IMG/VR virus record: IMGVR_UViG_3300044614_001923
Reading direction: 5' to 3' (one strand)
DNA: 64,000 nt
Origin: a virus
Lineage: Duplodnaviria > Caudoviricetes
A program made the position numbers and the translations under genes. The stretch's first letter is position 1, and every line of letters begins with the position of its first letter. Positions 37,535 to 43,918 of this stretch are shown one piece after another. Below the pieces are notes generated by a model, which saw only the letters and a program-made list of their open reading frames with translations, was not told the origin of the DNA and searched no databases.

Positions 37535-37657
37535 TCATCCCCAATAAATTTGCCCAAGAGTGAATAAGACAAATACAAGGACTGTGAATACCATCATACC
37601 TACACCTGCCCAGATTACCCAGTTAGGTACAGGTTCGTGTTGATTATTATGAGACAT
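37535..37657 (-). CDS. Small single-pass membrane protein (40 aa) downstream of psbA
   Basis: MSHNNQHEPVPNWVIWAGVGMMVFTVLVFVLFTLGQIYWG. Confidence 0.55.
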   Translation of the reverse strand: MSHNNQHEPVPNWVIWAGVGMMVFTVLVFVLFTLGQIYWG

Positions 37658-37661
37658 AAAA

Positions 37662-37683
37662 AAGAGGGTTGTTACACCCTCTT
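37662..37683 (-). terminator. psbA terminator
   Basis: AAGAGGGT/ACCCTCTT hairpin plus T-tract. Confidence 0.7.
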
Positions 37684-37707
37684 ATTATATCAGTTATTCA
37701 GTTTTTA

Positions 37708-38787
37708 TCAACCGATGCTAGGAGCAGTGAGAGCAACAGGAGTGTTCTCAGCAGCAGCAAGGTCAAGAGGGAAGTTGTGAGCGTTACGCTCGTGCATGAC
37801 TTCCATACCCAGACCAGCGCGGTTCAGAACGTCTGCCCAAGTGTTGAGTACACGACCCTGACTGTCAATGATGGACTGGTTGAAGTTGAAACCGTTGAGG
37901 TTGAACGCCATAGTGCTAACACCAAGAGCAGTGAACCAGATTCCTACAACGGGCCAAGCAGCAAGGAAGAAGTGCAGTGAACGTGAGTTATTGAAGGAAG
38001 CATATTGGAAAATAAGGCGTCCGAAATAACCGTGAGCAGCTACAATGTTGTAGGTCTCTTCTTCTTGTCCGAACTTGTATCCATAGTTCTGTGACTCATT
38101 TTCTGTCGTCTCACGTACAAGACTAGAGGTGACAAGAGATCCGTGCATAGCAGAGAAAAGAGAACCACCGAAGACACCAGCAACTCCCAACATGTGGAAA
38201 GGATGCATAAGAATGTTGTGTTCTGCCTGGAAAACAAGCATGTAGTTGAAAGTTCCCGAAATCCCAAGAGGCATAGCGTCACTGAAGGATCCTTGACCAA
38301 AGGGATAGACCAGGAACACTGCAGAAGCAGCAGCAACGGGTGCAGAGTAGGCAACACAAATCCAAGGACGCATACCGAGTCGGTAAGAAAGTTCCCATTC
38401 GCGTCCCATGTAAGCATAGATGCCAATCAGAAAGTGGAATACGACCAGTTGGAAAGGTCCACCATTATATAGCCACTCATCTAGGGAAGCAGCTTCCCAA
38501 ATAGGATAAAAGTGTAGTCCAATTGCATTAGAAGAAGGAACAACGGCACCAGAGATAATGTTGTTTCCGTACATGAGTGAACCAGCAACGGGTTCGCGGA
38601 TGCCATCAATGTCTACAGGGGGAGCACCAATGAATGCGATGATAAAACAAGTAGCAGCAGCAAGCAGCGTTGGAATCATTAGGACACCAAACCAACCCAC
38701 ATAAATGCGATTGTCGGTACTGGTGATCCACTCGCAGAATTGTTCCCAAGTATTTGATTGTCGTTGACGTGAAATTGTAGCAGTCAT
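37708..38787 (-). CDS. psbA: Photosystem II D1 protein
   Basis: [21 protein letters not shown]...[13 protein letters not shown]; uninterrupted 359 aa. Confidence 0.98.
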   Translation of the reverse strand: MTATISRQRQSNTWEQFCEWITSTDNRIYVGWFGVLMIPTLLAAATCFIIAFIGAPPVDIDGIREPVAGSLMYGNNIISGAVVPSSNAIGLHFYPIWEAASLDEWLYNGGPFQLVVFHFLIGIYAYMGREWELSYRLGMRPWICVAYSAPVAAASAVFLVYPFGQGSFSDAMPLGISGTFNYMLVFQAEHNILMHPFHMLGVAGVFGGSLFSAMHGSLVTSSLVRETTENESQNYGYKFGQEEETYNIVAAHGYFGRLIFQYASFNNSRSLHFFLAAWPVVGIWFTALGVSTMAFNLNGFNFNQSIIDSQGRVLNTWADVLNRAGLGMEVMHERNAHNFPLDLAAAENTPVALTAPSIG

Positions 38788-38799
38788 TTTTCGTAAAAG

Positions 38800-38910
38800 G
38801 GTAAGTAAAAGTCCAGGGGGGACTGGATGGTTACAGTATTTCCCACAACACCCTCCATTGTGGGTATGAGAGACGTAATTTATACTCCCATAGGTCTCGG
38901 TTAGCGGGAG
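38800..38910 (-). ncRNA. PhotoRC-II-like structured psbA leader RNA
   Basis: CUCCCGCUAACCGAGACCUAUGGGAG hairpin, ACGUCUCUCAUA, CCCACAA/UUGUGGG stem, GUCC/GGAC hairpin in the psbA 5' UTR. Confidence 0.65.
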
Positions 38911-38953
38911 TTACAAAGATTAAGAATGTGTTACATTCCTTAACCTGTTGATG

Positions 38954-38987
38954 TATTTATCATAACATTGTTTCGAAATCCTGTCAA
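38954..38987 (-). promoter_or_regulatory. Composite psbA promoter (sigma70 plus late)
   Basis: TTGACA-N17-TATGAT (38987-38959) overlapped by GATAAATA (38961-38954). Confidence 0.7.
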
Positions 38988-39086
38988 TAGGCCCAATTAC
39001 TCAGGTGGCACAGAGCAACAATTCTTTTAATCAACGTTACTTTTTAGAATCACTCTACTAAATACAGATGAACATAAAAACAAAAG

Positions 39087-39188
39087 ATGTCCAAGTCGCC
39101 AAACAAGAAGGGTAATAAAGGTCCTTCAAAACAAAATCAAGGTAATGCGACTGCGAAGAAAGCAAAGAACGGTGGTAAGAAAAAGTGA
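39087..39188 (+). CDS. Very basic K/G/N-rich peptide (33 aa)
   Basis: MSKSPNKKGNKGPSKQNQGNATAKKAKNGGKKK, downstream of ACTAAATA (39057-39064). Confidence 0.4.
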   Translation: MSKSPNKKGNKGPSKQNQGNATAKKAKNGGKKK

Positions 39189-39194
39189 GGTTAT

Positions 39195-39386
39195 ATGCCA
39201 CGCGAATGGAATACCCCCAAGCGTGAACCTTGGAACGCACCTATACATCAGATTCTCAAAGCAATAGACAATCACACTCACGAGTACTTCAAGAGTGGTG
39301 ATTTGTGGCATCTAGAAAAAGCAGATATGTTGAGACAATATCTTAGAGAACTTAAAAGTTGGATTCATAAACAAGAAGGAAGATGA
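39195..39386 (+). CDS. Conserved cyanophage hypothetical protein
   Basis: MPREWNTPKREPWNAPIH.ILKAIDNH; GAGG RBS. Confidence 0.6.
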   Translation: MPREWNTPKREPWNAPIHQILKAIDNHTHEYFKSGDLWHLEKADMLRQYLRELKSWIHKQEGR

Positions 39387-39526
39387 ATGAAACTGTCTGG
39401 TCAGTTAATATATTGTTAGGTATTGGAATGATTTCAGTTGCTTACATAATCTACTACATACTTAAAGAAGCAACTCATGAGTTAAATGTACCAGTACAAA
39501 ATCAAAAAGATCAACAGAGTGATTGA
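39383..39526 (+). CDS. Small membrane protein (47 aa)
   Basis: MNETVWSVNILLGIGMISVAYIIYYILKEA...; ATGA overlap with the previous gene. Confidence 0.45.
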   Translation: MNETVWSVNILLGIGMISVAYIIYYILKEATHELNVPVQNQKDQQSD

Positions 39527-39824
39527 TGGAGATACTGTTGACGTTGATATTGATTTAGGTTTTAGTATTACAATCAAACAAAGAGTTCGTCTTAAAGATA
39601 TTGATGCTGCAGAAACAAGAACTATAAATCTTGAAGAAAAGCAAGCAGGTATAAACGCAAGACTTTGGTTGGAGAAAGAACTTTCCCGTGAAGGTGAATG
39701 GATTATTGAAACAACAAAAGAGGATAAGTATGGAAGAATACTTGGCACTCTTTATTTTGTCGGAGATCCTGTCACTGTAAATGAAAGAATGTTAAACGAA
39801 GGTATAGCAAAACCATACATCTAA
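39486..39824 (+). CDS. Thermonuclease (SNase)-like nuclease
   Basis: RVIDGDTVDV...RVRLKDIDAAE...EDKYGRILG..VNERMLNEGIA. Confidence 0.8.
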   Translation: MYQYKIKKINRVIDGDTVDVDIDLGFSITIKQRVRLKDIDAAETRTINLEEKQAGINARLWLEKELSREGEWIIETTKEDKYGRILGTLYFVGDPVTVNERMLNEGIAKPYI

Positions 39825-39889
39825 AATGAAATCTACACTTCTCATTGGAGTATTAATTATGAGATTAATAACCAACGAGGGCATTTTCA

Positions 39890-40216
39890 ATGAAGGACGC
39901 AGACCACAACCAAGAAAACAATTCCCAGAACTCATCAGATTCATCAGAAGACCAGCAAAAAGAGGCAAGAAAAAATCGCGGTTCTATCTTGAACAAATTA
40001 ATCTTTGTTATTTGCTGCTCAGTAGTTGCATTTGTCGGAATGAACTTTGTTTCCTGCAACTTTATGCTTCCAGGTTCTATGAATGAAGCAAATGCTAAGG
40101 GAGAATTAAAAAATCCTCCTCCTTTAGATTGCAAAGAATCTGAAAGAAGAGGATATGAAACTTTATTAGCAATTTTAACTACAGTAATTGCACTAAGAAC
40201 TAAAATAGAAGATTAA
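39890..40216 (+). CDS. Hypothetical membrane protein
   Basis: TM segment LIFVICCSVVAFVGMNFV and hydrophobic C-terminus; convergent with the lysozyme. Confidence 0.55.
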   Translation: MKDADHNQENNSQNSSDSSEDQQKEARKNRGSILNKLIFVICCSVVAFVGMNFVSCNFMLPGSMNEANAKGELKNPPPLDCKESERRGYETLLAILTTVIALRTKIED

Positions 40217-40695
40217 GAATTCCAAAGTTTACCTTCAGCAGTTCTTCTACGGGCAAGTCCTTTCTCTACGTTAGTTCCAGGATTGCGATAGAGATATAAA
40301 GCATCAGAAACTTTAGACCATTCTTTATTTTTAAGAACTCTAGTTATGGTATTAAAATTGGAAGACCCGTAAAAACCAGAACCAAGATTATAAGCAAAAG
40401 ATAGAAGAGCTCCTTGTTGATTTTCATTCATCTCATTCCAATAAGGGATTTTTTGAAGTGCAGGAAGAAATCTATGTTCAAGGTCAAATAATAATAATTT
40501 ATCAGCATATTCTTGTGTTATTTTCTTTCCAAGCATAAACGTAGATCCATTAAAATCTTTTGTACTTCCCCACCCAATCGTGATTGGTTCCTTTTTAGTA
40601 AGTGGATCTGGATATGCATATAAATGACACCCCTCAAATTCTCTAATTAAATCAACACCACATTGAGGAATTTTTAATTGTGGTGTTGATTCTAC
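40213..40695 (-). CDS. GH24 phage lysozyme domain, translated only via a -1 frameshift from the upstream gene
   Basis: The frame is open 53 codons beyond the track Met: VESTPQLKIPQCGVDLIREFEGCHLYAYPDPLTKKEPITIGWG (E-x8-D...T catalytic triad). No ATG/GTG/TTG precedes the catalytic Glu and TAA at 40705-40707 closes the frame. C-terminus has ALLSFAYNLG and GLARRRTAEGKLW. Confidence 0.85.
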   Translation of the reverse strand, partial: VESTPQLKIPQCGVDLIREFEGCHLYAYPDPLTKKEPITIGWGSTKDFNGSTFMLGKKITQEYADKLLLFDLEHRFLPALQKIPYWNEMNENQQGALLSFAYNLGSGFYGSSNFNTITRVLKNKEWSKVSDALYLYRNPGTNVEKGLARRRTAEGKLWNS

Positions 40696-40701
40696 TTTTT
40701 T
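40650..40701 (-). promoter_or_regulatory. Programmed -1 ribosomal frameshift signal
   Basis: A_AAA_AAG (40701-40695), then UAG, then a perfect 13-bp stem AAUCAACACCACA/UGUGGUGUUGAUU with a 16-nt loop. Confidence 0.8.
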
Positions 40702-41411
40702 GCATTAAAAATTCTTCCCCATCCATCATTACCATTAGGACACCATCTACGAGCAAGTTCTGAACGCTTGTAGACTGCTCCCTTACCATTTGCTACAGAA
40801 CCTGTATATCCGTCATTAAGACTACCGTAAGGGTCATTAACAACATAATCACCAGATGGAGTCTTACCAATAACTACAACCATGTGCCCACCAGTAGGTG
40901 CAGATAAAGAACCCCTGTGCAGAATACCAATAACGACAGGTCTCCCAGCAGATAAATTACTATCAAGATCAGAAAAAGAAAGACTGTAACTAAAGTGTGA
41001 CTGAATACCATAAGAGGCAAGAACTTTGGTCTGAACCAAATGATCAGTCGTGTCGCCAATTTGGAAAACTTTTTGTACATAGGCGTCATCGCCTTTAGGA
41101 CCTTTTAATGTTCCAGATTTGAAATATTCAAGGCACATTGCACAAGCAGATGAATTACAAGTTCTGTCAGCATCCCTGTAGTTATCTGTTTGTGGGTAAA
41201 AAGGAACTGCTAAGATACTTGCTTGTGGTTTTTCTTCTTTAGTTCTAAAAATTCTAACCCAGTTTGCATCATCTTGCATTAATTCCTGTGCTTTGAGAAA
41301 CAAATCTTTTTCAAATTGCTCTACTGCAGCAACATGCTTTGGATTATTCTCATCAAAGTGTTTAAAGAAGTTGTGAAGATCTATAATCATTGGTATATCC
41401 AAACCCTGCAC
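40692..41411 (-). CDS. C39-like cysteine peptidase domain protein (N-terminal part of the endolysin fusion)
   Basis: Q..C (YPQTDN..RTCNSSACAM), H (GGHMVVV), D (VNDPYG) triad; late promoter CATAAATA at 41414-41421; start GTG 41411 or ATG 41390. Confidence 0.8.
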   Translation of the reverse strand: MQGLDIPMIIDLHNFFKHFDENNPKHVAAVEQFEKDLFLKAQELMQDDANWVRIFRTKEEKPQASILAVPFYPQTDNYRDADRTCNSSACAMCLEYFKSGTLKGPKGDDAYVQKVFQIGDTTDHLVQTKVLASYGIQSHFSYSLSFSDLDSNLSAGRPVVIGILHRGSLSAPTGGHMVVVIGKTPSGDYVVNDPYGSLNDGYTGSVANGKGAVYKRSELARRWCPNGNDGWGRIFNAKK

Positions 41412-41567
41412 TATATTTATGAAAAAAGGAGGGTTTTACCCCTCCTCACTTCAAAGATCTTCTGTTGTTTTATTAATTGCGTATGAAATAAGAACTAAAG
41501 AACCAATACCAATAAGAGTGAAAAGTATTTCGTGAAACATTGTTCTTATCTAAAGGTACATTACTAC

Positions 41568-42080
41568 TTATACAGTTGCTGCAACTTTAGAGTTAAGATA
41601 TTCAAGAACCTTCTCAGGGGTAGTTGCTTCATATGGATCAATTTCAACATTTTCTCCCTTACCTTCTTCAATGGCAATCCATTCAATATCAGTATTATTC
41701 ACAATAGCAGCATATCGCCAAGAACGAATTGCAAATCCAAGATTAAATTTTGGAACAAGCATGTCCATTCCATGAGTAAATTCTCCATTACCATCTGGAA
41801 TCAATTTAACTTTTTCAATTCCAAGTTCTTTTGCCCAAGCATTCATTACAAAAGCATCATTGACAGAAATGCAGTAGATTGCATCAATACCAAGAGCAGC
41901 AAATTCATCATACTTTTCTTCAAATCCAGGCAATTGGTATGTAGAACAAGTAGGCGTAAATGCTCCAGGAAGTCCAAAAAGAACAACCCGCTTTCCAGCA
42001 AAAAGGTCAGTTGTACTGTAAGGTACAAATTTACCGTCTTCACGGAACATCAGATCAATATCAGGAATTTTATTTACCAT
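41568..42080 (-). CDS. Peroxiredoxin (Prx5/Redoxin type)
   Basis: VVLFGLPGAFTPTCS..QLPG...CISVNDAFVMNAW...DGNGEFT...RSWRYA. Confidence 0.9.
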   Translation of the reverse strand: MVNKIPDIDLMFREDGKFVPYSTTDLFAGKRVVLFGLPGAFTPTCSTYQLPGFEEKYDEFAALGIDAIYCISVNDAFVMNAWAKELGIEKVKLIPDGNGEFTHGMDMLVPKFNLGFAIRSWRYAAIVNNTDIEWIAIEEGKGENVEIDPYEATTPEKVLEYLNSKVAATV

Positions 42081-42258
42081 TTTTTAGAATTCTCCAAATT
42101 TGCTTGAGATGAAAGATGATTTGTTTAGATTTAGAAACTTTTTGGTTTTCTTTTTTTGTAGTTTCTACAATTGTCTCTCTATTAGAGTCGGCAGGAACAA
42201 ACTTAATATCTGCCCATATTTCTGCTTTTTTTATTAACTTGTTTTCAAAGACATCCAT
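42070..42258 (-). CDS. Hypothetical protein
   Basis: ORF between hli and peroxiredoxin, overlapping the latter's start. Confidence 0.4.
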   Translation of the reverse strand: MDVFENKLIKKAEIWADIKFVPADSNRETIVETTKKENQKVSKSKQIIFHLKQIWRILKNGK

Positions 42259-42308
42259 TTCTAATACTGATTAGAAAATCAAACACATTATAGCATGTAT
42301 TTTCAAAA

Positions 42309-42416
42309 TTACCAAATACCTGGAATAATTTGACCTGTTAGGGCATAAGCTCCAAAAGCGGCAATAATTCCAATCATTGCTGCCCACCCATTAATACGTT
42401 CTGCGCGTTCATTCAT
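42309..42416 (-). CDS. hli: High-light-inducible protein (35 aa)
   Basis: MNERAERINGWAAMIGIIAAFGAYALTGQIIPGIW; AExxNGxxAMxG motif; missed by the ORF track. Confidence 0.88.
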   Translation of the reverse strand: MNERAERINGWAAMIGIIAAFGAYALTGQIIPGIW

Positions 42417-42427
42417 TGTTTTTCTCC

Positions 42428-42514
42428 TTAGTAAGTTTCAGAAAGTTTTTCTACAGAAATTGCCAACAAAACAAAGAAGGCAATTGAGGTAATAGTCCAA
42501 AATGCTTCAGTCAT
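42428..42514 (-). CDS. Small membrane peptide (28 aa) between the hli genes
   Basis: MTEAFWTITSIAFFVLLAISVEKLSETY; TGATG coupling. Confidence 0.4.
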   Translation of the reverse strand: MTEAFWTITSIAFFVLLAISVEKLSETY

Positions 42515-42723
42515 CAGAAGACGCCGAAGAATAGTTTGCCAGTGAGAGCATAAGAAATAGCCCCAGCAACAATACCGACCATAGCCCAGCGTCCATTCAT
42601 TTTCTCCGCCTTCTCGGCATAAGGTTCAATACCATAACGCTCAAGGTCTTCCTTGGTCATATACATTGATGGTTCTTTGGCAAACATATTCATTTGCCCA
42701 AACTCATTTTTTGTTACAGTCAT
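42514..42723 (-). CDS. hli: High-light-inducible protein
   Basis: NMFAKEP.MY...AEKMNGRWAMVGIVAG..SYALTG.LFFG. Confidence 0.9.
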   Translation of the reverse strand: MTVTKNEFGQMNMFAKEPSMYMTKEDLERYGIEPYAEKAEKMNGRWAMVGIVAGAISYALTGKLFFGVF

Positions 42724-42734
42724 TTTTTCGTTTT

Positions 42735-42752
42735 ATTACAAATTGTTACACA
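42735..42752. promoter_or_regulatory. HLR1 (RpaB-binding) direct repeat
   Basis: ATTACAAA-TT-GTTACACA versus consensus (G/T)TTACA(T/A)(T/A)-N2-repeat; overlaps the predicted start site. Confidence 0.6.
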
Positions 42753-42789
42753 ATTATATAGCAAATATAAAGGGGTGTCAAGCACCCCT
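42753..42789 (-). promoter_or_regulatory. Consensus sigma70 promoter of the hli operon embedded in the pstS terminator
   Basis: TTGACA-N17-TATAAT (42781-42753); AGGGGTG/CACCCCT hairpin at 42771-42789. Confidence 0.8.
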
Positions 42790-42809
42790 CTGTAATATTC
42801 TGTTTATAT

Positions 42810-43772
42810 TTACTGACCGATTCGGTTTACAGCAATCCTTGCTCGGTTGAGAATAGAACCACTCAGGGGAACATATCCAAGATCATCAGCAAGTGATTGT
42901 GCCTTTGAACTCAGAGCATAGTTGAGTGCTTCACGAATAGCAGAAGCATTAGCACCGTTACCAGTCTTATATGCAAGAACCCAAGTCAGAGTTGAAATTG
43001 GATATGCAGTTGCACCAGCAGGATTTGGATTTTCGCCAGCAAGGTTTGCATCTAGTTTGATACCATTCAGAGCAGCAGAACCAGAAGCAGCAGTAGGAAG
43101 AACAAACTTACCTGCCTTATTTTGAATTGCTGCTGCTTGGAGTTTGTTTGCTTTTACAAATCCAGTGTTCACATAACCAATAGAACCTGGAGTTTGACGA
43201 ATGCTACCAGAAACACCCTCATTACCTTTAGCACCAATACCAGTAGGCCACTTTACAGACTTGCCAACTCCAGCAGTCCAACCACCAAAAGCATCTAGAG
43301 AGTTAGTAAATGCAAAAGTGGTTCCAGAACCATCTGCACGATACACAGTGCGGATAGGACCAGCAGCGCACCCAAGTGCTTTCCAGTCTTTAATACGACC
43401 AGCAAAAATATCTACAGTTTGCTTCTGGGTAAGTTTCAGAGTGCATCCAGGTTTGTTATAAGCAACAGCAATCGTTCCACCCACCATAGGGATTTGAACA
43501 ACACCGCGTTTTACTTTGGCGGCGTCTGCTGAACTGATTGGTTCGTCGCTTGCTCCGAAGTTAACTGTGCCCGCAATAAATTGACGAACACCAGCACCAG
43601 AACCAACGGACTGATAATTAACCCTATTCCCAGTAGTTCGTGCATAATCTTGGAACCATCGTTGATAAATTGGAGCAGGGAAAGTAGCACCCGCGCCATT
43701 AATAGTAGGTCCAGCAAGAGCAGCTGCAGGAGCAGCAACTAGACCAACAGCAAAAATTTGTTTCAGTTTCAT
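42810..43772 (-). CDS. pstS: Phosphate ABC transporter substrate-binding protein
   Basis: Signal peptide, GAGATFPAPIY, NYQSVGSGAG, RADGSGTTFAFT, GSIGYV, AYPISTLTW. Confidence 0.95.
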   Translation of the reverse strand: MKLKQIFAVGLVAAPAAALAGPTINGAGATFPAPIYQRWFQDYARTTGNRVNYQSVGSGAGVRQFIAGTVNFGASDEPISSADAAKVKRGVVQIPMVGGTIAVAYNKPGCTLKLTQKQTVDIFAGRIKDWKALGCAAGPIRTVYRADGSGTTFAFTNSLDAFGGWTAGVGKSVKWPTGIGAKGNEGVSGSIRQTPGSIGYVNTGFVKANKLQAAAIQNKAGKFVLPTAASGSAALNGIKLDANLAGENPNPAGATAYPISTLTWVLAYKTGNGANASAIREALNYALSSKAQSLADDLGYVPLSGSILNRARIAVNRIGQ

Positions 43773-43808
43773 AAAAAGTTTTTTGGAAGTGAATTGACTT
43801 CGTAAGTA

Positions 43809-43853
43809 ATCATACTGGAAGTAAACCTTAAAGTCTACTAAGATTTGGTTAAG
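43809..43853 (-). promoter_or_regulatory. Pho-box promoter of pstS
   Basis: CTTAACC / CTTAGTA / TTAAGGT at 11-bp period, 10 nt before TATGAT; no TTGACA -35. Confidence 0.6.
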
Positions 43854-43873
43854 GTTTTCATTACCTAATAAAA

Positions 43874-43895
43874 AACCACCCCAGAAGGGGTGGTT
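43874..43895 (-). terminator. Porin terminator
   Basis: AACCACCCC-N4-GGGGTGGTT plus T-tract. Confidence 0.7.
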
Positions 43896-43918
43896 CCACT
43901 CAACTTATGAGTATGTTA

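Noticed and set aside
35558-38787. Introns or inteins in psbA/psbD (also checked thyX, phoH, gp32)
   Set aside because: All are continuous ORFs of normal length.
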